Assembly (NCBI GenBank): GCA_041652815.1
Contig: JBAZGN010000002.1
Location: 302,261 to 366,260 of the forward strand
Reading direction: 5' to 3'
DNA: 64,000 nucleotides
DNA from: Candidatus Omnitrophota bacterium
GTDB lineage: Bacteria; Omnitrophota; Gorgyraeia; Duberdicusellales; 4484-171
Shown piece after piece: positions 29,488 through 38,489 of this stretch. Under the pieces are notes generated by a model. It searched no databases. It was not told the origin of the DNA and saw only the letters and a program-made list of their open reading frames with translations. Each line of letters opens with the position of its first letter. Position 1 is the stretch's first letter. Position numbers and translations under genes: made by a program.

Positions 29488-30939
29488 ATGGGAAAGATAG
29501 TCCGTATACTTGTAGAAAAAAGCAAAATAGATAAGCCTATGCCAACAGGTTTAAATACTAAAATACCACCGATTTATACATTTGCTTTAGGGGTTATTTT
29601 TGTTATGGCGTTAATCGTCAGGTTGTATCCTGTAATAGGAACCACGGAAACAGCATATAGATACGGTTTTGGTATTTTTGGAGATACTGAACTTTATCAT
29701 GTAATTGCATATAATCTATACAAAGGAAATGGTTTCTCAGGCACCGATGACGGAAGAGCTTTTGGTCTAAAAGGCGGGGGAACGAATATCGAATACGAAC
29801 CGGCAATTACCCGTGGCCCTGTCTATCCATTTTTTATTTCGATGGTGTATAAAATTTTCGGCAGCGAAAAAAATATGGAATCAATACATACTTGGCGTAT
29901 CAACCTGGATAAGGTGCGGATAGTACAATGTTTTATGGATGCTTTCGTCTGTATACTTGTGTTTTTAATCACGTTTCTTATCTGCCAAAAGTCATTTTTC
30001 CCAGCGATAATATCCGCATTGTTATACTGCTTTAGTTTTTACAATATATTTTATTCAAGAGCGTTGCTTTCGGAATGTGTAACGACATTTTTACTTACCT
30101 TAATGCTGTTATTTTGTATTTTATCTTTAAAGTATAATAAAATATACTATTGGATTCTGGCTGGAATATGTCTTGGGCTAACAACTTTGTCGAGGCCGGA
30201 ATATTTATTTTTTACTTTGGTTTTTGCGTTTTATACACTTATCGTCGGCCATCGCCATATTCTAAACGTTCTCAAAAAATCCTTAATATTTGTTGTTGCG
30301 ACGGCAATAATTATTGCGCCGTGGACAGTTAGAAATTATCTAACCTTTAAAAAACCGATATTAGTTTCTGTGGGTGCGCTCGGAACTAGTTTATATATCG
30401 GCACATTAGAAACCAATGATAACTGGAAAAGTTGGAATGAGATGCCAGTAGACAAGGCATCTTTTAGGCAAGAGCAAGTAACCGCTAAATATTTGTATGA
30501 TTCTGCTATCCATTTTACATTACTTGGAAGCATAAAAGTGAAAGAGTTTGAAGACATTTTGATAAAATTATCATTAAAGCGCATCCGGAATAAGCCTTTG
30601 GAATCCTTTAAGATTTGGATAATGAGGATCCCAAGATTATGGTATCAATTTTATATCCCTATGTACGGATGCAGAGAAGCATCTGGAAATTTCTTTATTT
30701 TCTATTTTGTTTTCGCCGTATACTCTTTCTGGAAAAGCAGGAGAGAAGAAATTATATTAGCATTTCCGATAGTTCTTCTATTTATTTATCTTACTCTGAT
30801 TTTTTTACCTTTACATATAGAACCCCGCTATGGCGTAGCTTTAATGCCTTGCATTATAAGTTTAGCGGGTATTGGCATTTGGAAATTTGTTTCTTTAGCA
30901 AAGATTTTAACAAGAAAAAAACAGACAGATAGTAAGTAG
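29488..30939 (+). CDS. glycosyltransferase family 39-like (ArnT/PMT-type) membrane protein
   Basis: Multi-TM N-terminus with periplasmic-loop pattern typical of GT-C 39 enzymes. Confidence 0.5.
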   Translation: MGKIVRILVEKSKIDKPMPTGLNTKIPPIYTFALGVIFVMALIVRLYPVIGTTETAYRYGFGIFGDTELYHVIAYNLYKGNGFSGTDDGRAFGLKGGGTNIEYEPAITRGPVYPFFISMVYKIFGSEKNMESIHTWRINLDKVRIVQCFMDAFVCILVFLITFLICQKSFFPAIISALLYCFSFYNIFYSRALLSECVTTFLLTLMLLFCILSLKYNKIYYWILAGICLGLTTLSRPEYLFFTLVFAFYTLIVGHRHILNVLKKSLIFVVATAIIIAPWTVRNYLTFKKPILVSVGALGTSLYIGTLETNDNWKSWNEMPVDKASFRQEQVTAKYLYDSAIHFTLLGSIKVKEFEDILIKLSLKRIRNKPLESFKIWIMRIPRLWYQFYIPMYGCREASGNFFIFYFVFAVYSFWKSRREEIILAFPIVLLFIYLTLIFLPLHIEPRYGVALMPCIISLAGIGIWKFVSLAKILTRKKQTDSK

Positions 30940-31002
30940 AAAATGTTTAAACGTTATCTTTATTGCAGCAAATTTTATGAATAGAACCATCTTAACAAAA
31001 AC

Positions 31003-31157
31003 CTTCGATTGTCAGATGGGCAAATTGTTACACTCGGATTTTACGCTCCTTGGGGGAGTGGTATGATAAAGGTTAATTGTTTGAAGAATAAGAAGTTATG
31101 TAAATAAATTAAGAGTTAACCGAACGTAAGTGGAAAAGGAGTGACGGAAAGTTTAAT
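31003..31157 (+). promoter_or_regulatory. conserved leader/promoter element, copy 1
   Basis: Blocks gatgggcaaattgttacactcggattttacgct, ggagtggtatgataaaggttaatt and aaccgaacgtaagtggaaaag shared with 32300..32460. Confidence 0.6.
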
Positions 31158-32255
31158 ATGAAAAAGATACTCTTTGGGTCATTTGCAGTACTTTTTATTA
31201 ACTTTTTTTGTTTTGTTCAACTACCATTAGCAAGAGCCGACGAAGCCGCGACATTCGTTGGCATAATCGAATCTTTCCCGTGCGGGTTCGGTCAGTTCAA
31301 ATCTGGACCTCCTTTGTGGCCGGTTGGTATGATTGTGGTTACCGGTAATAATGGGGAAAAGAATAATTTTCTCATAGTCCGAGATGGGCCGAATGCCACT
31401 GTCTTTTATGATGCCGATGGTAAGGCCACGTCAGTCCTGAATGATATTAAGGGTATGAATGATATTAGGGCTATAATAGGTAAAAGAGTAGAGGTCAAGT
31501 ATGCGGTTACGGCAGAATCAATGCGTTACGCGAATAAGCAGCTTGCGATCTCGGTCCGCTTTGTGTCTCAAGATTATGTCTCACAGCCGGGGGTATTCGC
31601 AGAAGCAGGAAAACCGAACAACCCGGCGCCACAGTCATCAGGTCAGGGCGGAGTAAATTTATTTGTAGGCAAAATCGAATCTTCACCGCCGACTTTTCGT
31701 ATACCGCCGATGCGTAAGATCATACTTATTTCTAATAACGGTGAAAGGCTTACCGTTTTTGTATCCAGAGAGATTGCCATCAGGGATATGAAAGCTTACC
31801 CGACTCGTATAGGTGAAAGAGCGGAAGTTAAATATTTGCCTGCAGCAAACGGCGATAACGAGGCTGTTTCGTTCCGATATGTTCCTTCGGATTATGTCCA
31901 ACAACCAGCTGCACCAACAGTATCAACACAGACCCTTGCGGCAACAGCGGCAGGACAAGGGAACGTTTTTATAGGCAGGATCGAAAAGATTACGCCGACC
32001 GTTAGCCACGGCAACCTAACAGCGCCCCGCTGCAGGATTCTGGTTACCGCTGATAACGGAGAACAATCGGAATTCTTTGTATCCTGGGTTTGCCCTCTTA
32101 TGGACATGGCCGGAAAAGATTTGCATCAAGGGGTGAATGCCCCCTTTATCCTTAAAAAAGGCCAGCGTATCGAAATCAAATATTCGACTATAACAAACGG
32201 CAATAGTATAACTAATGGCCAGAAAGGGGCGGATTCGATCCGTTGCCTCGATTAA
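31158..32255 (+). CDS. secreted protein with three internal ~100-aa tandem repeats
   Basis: Signal peptide; repeats starting FVGIIESFPCG / FVGKIESSPPT / FIGRIEKITPT and ending V(R/S)F(V/R)Y..DYV.QP. Confidence 0.55.
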   Translation: MKKILFGSFAVLFINFFCFVQLPLARADEAATFVGIIESFPCGFGQFKSGPPLWPVGMIVVTGNNGEKNNFLIVRDGPNATVFYDADGKATSVLNDIKGMNDIRAIIGKRVEVKYAVTAESMRYANKQLAISVRFVSQDYVSQPGVFAEAGKPNNPAPQSSGQGGVNLFVGKIESSPPTFRIPPMRKIILISNNGERLTVFVSREIAIRDMKAYPTRIGERAEVKYLPAANGDNEAVSFRYVPSDYVQQPAAPTVSTQTLAATAAGQGNVFIGRIEKITPTVSHGNLTAPRCRILVTADNGEQSEFFVSWVCPLMDMAGKDLHQGVNAPFILKKGQRIEIKYSTITNGNSITNGQKGADSIRCLD

Positions 32256-32299
32256 GTCACATAAGAAATCATGAATACATCGAAACAAGTTTACATAAA

Positions 32300-32460
32300 A
32301 AATTTTGGTTGGCCGATGGACAAATCGTTACGCTCGGATTTTACACTCGCTGAAGGAGTGGTACGATAAGGGTTAATTATTTGCAGTATAATAAGTTAGG
32401 TAAAAATCAAAAAAGGGAACCGAACGTAAGTGAAAAAGTACAGTAAGGGGGTAAAGGGGA
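32300..32460 (+). promoter_or_regulatory. conserved leader/promoter element, copy 2
   Basis: cgatggacaaatcgttacgctcggattttacact ... ggagtggtacgataagggttaatt ... aaccgaacgtaagtgaaaaag. Confidence 0.6.
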
Positions 32461-33222
32461 ATGAAACAATGGTATGAATCGCTATTTGAGAATTACGCAG
32501 ATAAATACGATAAAGAAGTTTATGTTCACGGTACCTTGGGTGAGTGCGATTTTATTGAGCAAGAGATAAATCGGGATAAATCGTTAAAAATCATTGATGT
32601 CGGCTGCGGCACCGGCCGTCATTCTATTGAATTGGCAAAAAGAGGTTATCGGGTTACCGGTATCGATTTGTCAGAGTCACAGCTTAAAAGGGCGAGGGAA
32701 AAAGCAAAAGAGCAAGGAGTGAAGATCGACTTCGAGAGGCATGACGCCAGAAACCTTCCTTTTGAAGGCGAGTTCGATCTGGCGATCATGCTCTGTGAGG
32801 GTGGTTTTTCTTTAATGGAAACGGATGAGATGAATTTTGAAATATTAAAGAACGCGACAAAGGCGTTAAAAGATAAGGGCAAGTTTATATTCACGACATT
32901 GAACGGGTTATTTCCGCTTTTTCATTCCGTCAAAGAATTTTATGAGTCGGCGGCCAAAGAGGGTAATTCCGCCTGTAAAAATTGCTCCTTCGATCTGATG
33001 ACGTTCCGTGACCACAACACCGTCGCCTTCGAGGATGATGCAGGGAATAAAAAAGAATTAACATGTAATGAGCGTTACTATGTGCCGAGTGAAATAACCT
33101 GGCTTTTAAAATCGCTCGGATATAAAAAAATTGATATTTGCGGAGCAAAACTTGGAGCTTTTTCGAGGGAAGATAAACTTACGACAGAGAATTTTGAGAT
33201 GTTAGTTATCGCTGAAAAATAG
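32461..33222 (+). CDS. class I SAM-dependent methyltransferase
   Basis: IDVGCGTGRHS motif I, ITGIDLSE motif II. Confidence 0.65.
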   Translation: MKQWYESLFENYADKYDKEVYVHGTLGECDFIEQEINRDKSLKIIDVGCGTGRHSIELAKRGYRVTGIDLSESQLKRAREKAKEQGVKIDFERHDARNLPFEGEFDLAIMLCEGGFSLMETDEMNFEILKNATKALKDKGKFIFTTLNGLFPLFHSVKEFYESAAKEGNSACKNCSFDLMTFRDHNTVAFEDDAGNKKELTCNERYYVPSEITWLLKSLGYKKIDICGAKLGAFSREDKLTTENFEMLVIAEK

Positions 33223-33337
33223 AAATGATGTATAACGCACGAATGAGCACGAAATGAGGGACGTTCCCCAAGGGGACACCCTGGTGTTGTATAGCATATT
33301 GGGATACGATGAGTAAGTATAGCATATATATAAAGAC

Positions 33338-33702
33338 GTTCGGCTGACCCTTGGTTCGTTTTATACAAGTCTCTCAAAAACATCCTTCCGTTGCTTTTGG
33401 TATGAAATATGCACCGCCCGCTTGGGCGGGCTTGGTGGTTGGCGCATTCACCGCTCGCCCCGCCTTGGGCGGGGACTTCGCTGCCTCGCTCGCTGGGCCG
33501 CTCGCTCTCTCAAGCAGTCTTGCCTCGCGCTCCCTGCGCCGCTAGGGCGGCTCCGGGGCTTGGCAAGCCTGCGGAACCACGTTTGTCCCGCGGTCGTAGC
33601 GTTTTGATACCCTTCCTCAGGCACCCGCTTTCGTCGGGCTTTCGCGCTTCGCGCAAATTTTTTCCTTTTCAATAAATCCTTTTCGGCTGGCGGCGGGGGA
33701 AA
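33338..33702 (+). repeat. GC-rich long repeat A, copy A1 (inverted copy at 50698..51053)
   Basis: ~360 bp with near-identity to the reverse complement of 50698..51053 apart from a divergent ~50-bp middle; contains hairpins gcccgcttgggcgggc and ccccgccttgggcgggg; starts at core cgttcggctg. Confidence 0.85.
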
Positions 33703-34180
33703 GGGGGGTAAAGCCCTCCTCAAGCAGGCGCCATCGTCGGGGTATTGTTTTGCCTTAGTAAAGGCAAAACACCCCGCCAAACCATCCCCCGACCACCCAG
33801 CTGTCGCAGCCGGGCGGCTTCAATCGCCTTTGGCGATTTTCGCTCCACCCTTTATGCGCCAGCTTTCCCCTCAGCGGAAAAAGAAACCTGTATATTTGGT
33901 TTTTTTCAAATCCCCACCCACCCAACAGTCACAGTCGGGCGGCTCCAATCTGTCGATTTCCGCATCGCCCTTTATGTGCCTGTTTTCCCCCTAAGAAATA
34001 ATACGCTATAACCTGGATTCTCCTTTCATTTCTTTTCATTCTACATCCCACCCAGCGCTTCGCGCTTCCTCATTTGTCAAGGATACTACGGCTTCCTTCC
34101 CCGAAGGGGCAGGACTTCCGTTCCTCCTTGACAAACGAGCCTCTCTGGATGTTTTAAATAAAAAAATGAAAGGAGGTGTT
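33703..34180 (+). repeat. GC-rich structured non-coding block with two tandem ~85-bp units (U1 33786..33878, U2 33911..33993) and long hairpin ttgtcaagga...tccttgacaa
   Basis: Units cccacccaRcaGtcRcagYcgggcggctYcaatc...ccctttatgYgcc; hairpin gttttgccttagtaaaggcaaaac; no credible ORF; GC far above window average. Confidence 0.7.
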
Positions 34181-34182
34181 CA

Positions 34183-34434
34183 ATGGAAAAGAAAATTTAT
34201 AAGTTAGAAAAGAGGCCTAGTAAATACAAAGTTCCTACTGCCCATTCCTCAAAGTCCTTATATGACCTTCAGATGTATCTCAATAAAAGCCGTGTGCGAA
34301 AGGGTTTGAATGCCCGCAAGAAACTGGTTAAAAAGTACAAAAGGCCAAATGGTTTTCTTCCAATGCTCAAATTGCTCGCCTTCTATTATGCCCTTGTCGG
34401 GCTAGTTATCCTATTGGCAAAACTAGGTATTTAG
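34183..34434 (+). CDS. small basic protein with C-terminal TM helix
   Basis: RBS aaaggagg; 83 aa; C-terminal LKLLAFYYALVGLVILLAKL. Confidence 0.45.
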   Translation: MEKKIYKLEKRPSKYKVPTAHSSKSLYDLQMYLNKSRVRKGLNARKKLVKKYKRPNGFLPMLKLLAFYYALVGLVILLAKLGI

Positions 34435-34472
34435 ATATTGCACCCTGTATTCAAAATGTGGTATAATACAAT

Positions 34473-35519
34473 ATGGCTGAGTTTGTTGTATCGGATAACT
34501 CCTATTCCAACCTGCTAAAGCAGATAAAACACGAAATAACCGACGGCCTAGTCCGCGCCCAAAAGGCTTATGAACGGGAAAAAGTTATTTCTTACTGGAA
34601 AATTGGTCAAGCCATAGATAAACACCTGTTGGAGAATAAGGACAGAGCCGATTACGGCAAGCAGTTGTATAGCCGGCTTTCGCGCGATTTAAATATCGGC
34701 GAACGCTTGCTTTACCAGATGTCGCAATTCTATTATGCCTACCCGGATTTAAAGCCTTCGCAAAACCTTAAATGGTCTCATTACCGGTTGCTGACTTCGG
34801 TTAAAGACGAAGAGCAGAGGGCTATACTCGAAACCAAAGCCGCCGACGACAACTGGTCGAAGCGCGCCTTGGAAACTTTCATTAAGGACGACAAGGAAAA
34901 AAGCGTTAAAGCCGCCAAGCCAAAATCTACAAAACTATCTTTTTTTAAGGGCCAGCTTTATACTTACGGTATATTTAAAGACGCTTGTGCTGAAAATGTT
35001 CTTATAGACTGCGGGTTTAATGTTTACTATGAATCAGATATGACAAAGTTCCCCGCTACCTCATTAAAGTCATCGGGCGGATCCGCCTTTGGCAGAAGCG
35101 GCAATCTGGTAGAAACTGTTAAAACCGGCGACACTTACAAGCTGGTCAAGTCCAACGCCACCCTTAAGCATTTATACACCTATAAAGCCTACGTTAAAAA
35201 AATCGTGGACGGCGATACCCTTTGGGTAACCATAGATTGCGGGTTTAAAATCTGGGTCAGTCAGAAGCTCCGCTTGCGCGGCATAGACACGCCTGGCATT
35301 ACAACCAAAGAGGGCATGAAATCTTACAAGTTCGTTTGCAATGAACTTAAAGGCTTACCGTTTGTTATAATAAAAAGCCACGGCCGGGATAAATACGACC
35401 GTTACCTTACGGATATATTCTACTTAAAGGACGGAAAAGACCCCCTAGCGGTCTTAGAGAAAGGTGAATTCTTAAACCAAAGGCTTTTAGACGCAAGCTT
35501 AGCAGATAGAGAGTTTTAG
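34473..35519 (+). CDS. DUF1016_N (YhcG-like N-terminal domain) fused to staphylococcal-nuclease-like (SNase/thermonuclease) domain
   Basis: N-terminal YWKIGQAI...RADYGKQLYSRLSRDL...WSHYRLL matches YhcG DUF1016_N; C-terminal IVDGDTLWV...LRLRGIDTPG...DKYDRYL matches SNase (DGDT, RLxGIDTPE, DKYGR) with the catalytic Glu position replaced by Gly. Confidence 0.65.
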   Translation: MAEFVVSDNSYSNLLKQIKHEITDGLVRAQKAYEREKVISYWKIGQAIDKHLLENKDRADYGKQLYSRLSRDLNIGERLLYQMSQFYYAYPDLKPSQNLKWSHYRLLTSVKDEEQRAILETKAADDNWSKRALETFIKDDKEKSVKAAKPKSTKLSFFKGQLYTYGIFKDACAENVLIDCGFNVYYESDMTKFPATSLKSSGGSAFGRSGNLVETVKTGDTYKLVKSNATLKHLYTYKAYVKKIVDGDTLWVTIDCGFKIWVSQKLRLRGIDTPGITTKEGMKSYKFVCNELKGLPFVIIKSHGRDKYDRYLTDIFYLKDGKDPLAVLEKGEFLNQRLLDASLADREF

Positions 35520-35585
35520 ATTATGTTAAGCTGGAATCCTTCGAAGCTTTAGAGCAGTAGGACGAAAGCCTTGCCGAGAGTTAAA

Positions 35586-35605
35586 CTACGTAGTATACTA
35601 CGTAG
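35586..35605. promoter_or_regulatory. perfect 20-bp palindrome CTACGTAGTATACTACGTAG (candidate operator overlapping -10-like TATACT)
   Basis: Exact self-complementary 20-mer 18 bp upstream of the AbrB-like small ORF. Confidence 0.6.
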
Positions 35606-35622
35606 TAATGGGGGTGTAGATA

Positions 35623-35799
35623 ATGGCACAACATAAGAAAAAAGGCGGCGTTACCCGAAAAATCACCAAGACTGGCGATTATACTTATTACGTAACCATT
35701 CCCGCGGAATATATCGAGGAGTTGGGCTGGCGCTGTAAACAAAAGGTATTGGTTAAACTTTTAGGGAAAAAAGTGGTTATTGAGGATTGGAGGGGATAG
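35623..35799 (+). CDS. small AbrB/MazE-like (swapped-hairpin) DNA-binding protein, 58 aa (below track threshold)
   Basis: MAQHKKKGGVTRKITKTGDYTYYVTIPAEYIEELGWRCKQKVLVKLLGKKVVIEDWRG; TIP..I..LG...G..V pattern of SpoVT/AbrB domain. Confidence 0.5.
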   Translation: MAQHKKKGGVTRKITKTGDYTYYVTIPAEYIEELGWRCKQKVLVKLLGKKVVIEDWRG

Positions 35800-35886
35800 A
35801 ATTGCCCTTCTCACTCAGGGTTGTTTGGATCATTTAAATGGTGTATAATCAACTAATATTTCCTAATTTTAAGGAGAAGATAGCTA

Positions 35887-37341
35887 ATGTTTGAGCAAAC
35901 CTTTAAGAATATTGACGATATCCTGCATAAAGATGCCGGGTGCAGTAGCGAGCTGGATTATGTGGAGCAGACCTCATGGATTCTCTTCTTGAAATATCTT
36001 GATGATCTCGAGAAAGATAAAAAAACAGCGGCAAAGCTATCAGGCAAGGCTCACGCGGGTATTATTAGCCCGGAATATCGCTGGGAAGTCTGGGCAGTCC
36101 CTAAAGATAATGACGGCAAGATTGATCATCACAAGGCGCTTACCGGAGATGATTTAAAAGATTTTGTCGACCACAAGTTATTTCCCTACCTAAAAAAGTT
36201 TAAAACCAATGCCGAGAGCGCCGATACTATCGAGTATAAAATTGGCGAGATTTTTAGCGAGCTTAAAAATAGAATCCAGAGTGGTTATAATCTGCGAGAG
36301 GTTATTAATTTAATAGATGAACTGCGTTTCCGTTCCCATGCCGAAAAACATGAGATGTCTCATCTATATGAGGACAAGATCAAGAATATGGGGAATGCGG
36401 GTAGAAACGGCGGGGAATATTACACGCCCCGTCCGCTTATCAAAACCATCGTGAAAGTTGTCGCTCCGGAAATCGGAAGCAAGATTTATGATGGCGCAGT
36501 AGGTTCGGCAGGGTTTTTGTGCGAAGCATTTGAATATCTTAAGACCAAAAAAAATCTAACCACAAAAGACGCCCAGACCCTACAGAAAAACACCTTTTAC
36601 GGCAAAGAAAAGAAATCGCTCGCCTACATCATCGGTACGATGAACATGATTTTGCATGGCATCGAGGCGCCGAATATCGTGCATACCAATACGCTTGCGG
36701 AAAACCTCGCCGATATTCAAGAAAAAGATCGTTATGATATTGTTCTCGCCAATCCGCCATTTGGTGGCAAGGAACGTGCCGAGGTGCAACAGAATTTCCC
36801 TATCAAGACCGGTGAAACGGCGTTTTTATTCTTACAGCATTTCATCAAGATTCTGAAAGCTGGCGGTCAGGCTGGCGTAGTGATTAAAAACACTTTCCTC
36901 TCCAACGCGGACAATGCTTCAGTCAGTCTTCGCAAACTTCTGCTGGAAAGCTGTAATCTGCATGCAGTCCTTGATCTGCCCGGCGGTACATTTACTGGCG
37001 CAGGTGTTAAGACTGTCGTACTTTTCTTTGAGAAAGGCGTTCCGACGCGTAAGGTTTGGTTTTATCAGCTAAATCTTGACCGCAACCTTGGCAAGACTAA
37101 CCCGCTGAATGAAAATGATCTCGCTGATTTCTTAATGCTTCAAAAGACCAAAGCGGACTCAGAGAATTCTTGGTCTGTTGATATTGTCGATGTAGATAAG
37201 GAAACAAGCGATCTATCGGTCAAGAATCCGCATAGAAGAAATGAAATAACTATTCGCGCCCCTCAAATAATTCTAGATGAAATGCAGACGCTGGACATGG
37301 AAAGCGCGAAGATATTGAAGGGCATAAAAGAGCTGTTATGA
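35887..37341 (+). CDS. hsdM: type I restriction-modification system methyltransferase subunit
   Basis: N6-adenine MTase motifs: NPPFG (ANPPFGGKERAEV), motif I GSAGFL; HsdM_N-like N-terminus. Confidence 0.85.
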   Translation: MFEQTFKNIDDILHKDAGCSSELDYVEQTSWILFLKYLDDLEKDKKTAAKLSGKAHAGIISPEYRWEVWAVPKDNDGKIDHHKALTGDDLKDFVDHKLFPYLKKFKTNAESADTIEYKIGEIFSELKNRIQSGYNLREVINLIDELRFRSHAEKHEMSHLYEDKIKNMGNAGRNGGEYYTPRPLIKTIVKVVAPEIGSKIYDGAVGSAGFLCEAFEYLKTKKNLTTKDAQTLQKNTFYGKEKKSLAYIIGTMNMILHGIEAPNIVHTNTLAENLADIQEKDRYDIVLANPPFGGKERAEVQQNFPIKTGETAFLFLQHFIKILKAGGQAGVVIKNTFLSNADNASVSLRKLLLESCNLHAVLDLPGGTFTGAGVKTVVLFFEKGVPTRKVWFYQLNLDRNLGKTNPLNENDLADFLMLQKTKADSENSWSVDIVDVDKETSDLSVKNPHRRNEITIRAPQIILDEMQTLDMESAKILKGIKELL

Positions 37342-38489
37342 GTAATCGATGGGAAAATAAAACTCTTGGCGAAGTCTGTGAGATTTTGGATAACAGACGC
37401 AAGCCAATCACAAAACGAGATCGGACTGCCGGTGAGTATCCTTACTACGGAGCTACTGGTATTTTGGATTATGTGCATGATTATATTTTTGATGAAAAGT
37501 TGATTTTGATTGGTGAGGATGGGGCAAAATGGGGAGCTGGTGAGAATACGGCATTTATTGCAGAAGGAAAATATTGGGTGAATAATCACGCCCATGTTAT
37601 CAGGCCTGATAGAAAAATTGTTTTAGATAATTGGTTAGTTTATTTCTTAAACTTTAGCGATTTATCCAAGTACGTTACAGGTTTAACAGTCCCCAAGCTC
37701 AATCAAGCGAAGATGCGAGAAATTTCACTGCCTCTTCCACCGATTTCCGAGCAAAAGAAAATGCTTCATGTAATTGATGAGATTTTCGAAAAGACAACTA
37801 AGGCAAAAGAAAACGCTGAAAAGAATCTGCAAAATGCTCGAGAGCTTTTTGAGTCGTACTTGCAAAGCATTTTTGCCAATCCGGGCGATGATTGGGAAGA
37901 AAAAAGTGTTGGTGAGATTGCTGATATTGAATATGGATTCACTGATAAAGCAAAATACGCGGGTGATTATCGATACATCAGGATCACGGATATTGATAAG
38001 AACGGAAATTTAGTAAAAGATGGCAAGGTTTTTGTTGATGCTTCCGAAGAGGCTAAAAAATATTTATTAAAGGATGGTGATCTGTTAATGGTAAGGACCG
38101 GCGCAACCTATGCGAAAGTATTGCTATACAAAGACATTGAAAAATCAATTTTTGCTTCTTATTTGATCCGGATCAAGTTTAGACAGGATATTGTAAACAA
38201 GCTTTACTGGTATTTCTCCAAATCCAGAATTTATTGGGAACAAGCAAACAAGCTTTCTTCTGGCTCTGCTCAGCCACAGTTTAACGGCGGAGTATTAAAA
38301 GAGCTTGTGTTTTATTTTCCGAGATCCTTTGAGAAACAAGGACAGATTGTCACCAAGCTTGATGCTCTTTCCACGGAGATTAAAAAACTCGAGATTGTAT
38401 ATCAGCAGAAGCTAATTGATCTTGAAGAACTTAAGAAACCGATATTACATAAGGCCTTTAACGGTGAACTCGCAGGAGTATGCTCATGA
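37338..38489 (+). CDS. hsdS: type I restriction-modification system specificity subunit
   Basis: Two target-recognition domains separated by conserved coiled-coil repeats; overlaps hsdM stop and hsdR start. Confidence 0.8.
   Translation: MSNRWENKTLGEVCEILDNRRKPITKRDRTAGEYPYYGATGILDYVHDYIFDEKLILIGEDGAKWGAGENTAFIAEGKYWVNNHAHVIRPDRKIVLDNWLVYFLNFSDLSKYVTGLTVPKLNQAKMREISLPLPPISEQKKMLHVIDEIFEKTTKAKENAEKNLQNARELFESYLQSIFANPGDDWEEKSVGEIADIEYGFTDKAKYAGDYRYIRITDIDKNGNLVKDGKVFVDASEEAKKYLLKDGDLLMVRTGATYAKVLLYKDIEKSIFASYLIRIKFRQDIVNKLYWYFSKSRIYWEQANKLSSGSAQPQFNGGVLKELVFYFPRSFEKQGQIVTKLDALSTEIKKLEIVYQQKLIDLEELKKPILHKAFNGELAGVCS

Noticed and set aside
33338-33702. Repeat A as tmRNA, RNase P RNA, SRP RNA or a group II intron fragment
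   Set aside because: I could not find the tmRNA tag-peptide frame or terminal CCA. I could not find the RNase P P4/GGAAAGTCCGG-type motifs. I could not find a group II intron domain V consensus. Two copies of such housekeeping RNAs would also be unexpected. It is left as an unclassified structured repeat.
33351-33780. ORFs 33351..33545, 33409..33675, 33422..33607 and 33448..33780 (and their twins 50589..51056, 50795..51049, 50995..51270) inside the GC-rich repeats
   Set aside because: They lie in non-coding GC-rich repeat DNA. High GC removes stop codons. Translations are Ala/Arg/Pro/Leu-rich low-complexity strings. Identical peptides in both copies simply reflect DNA identity.
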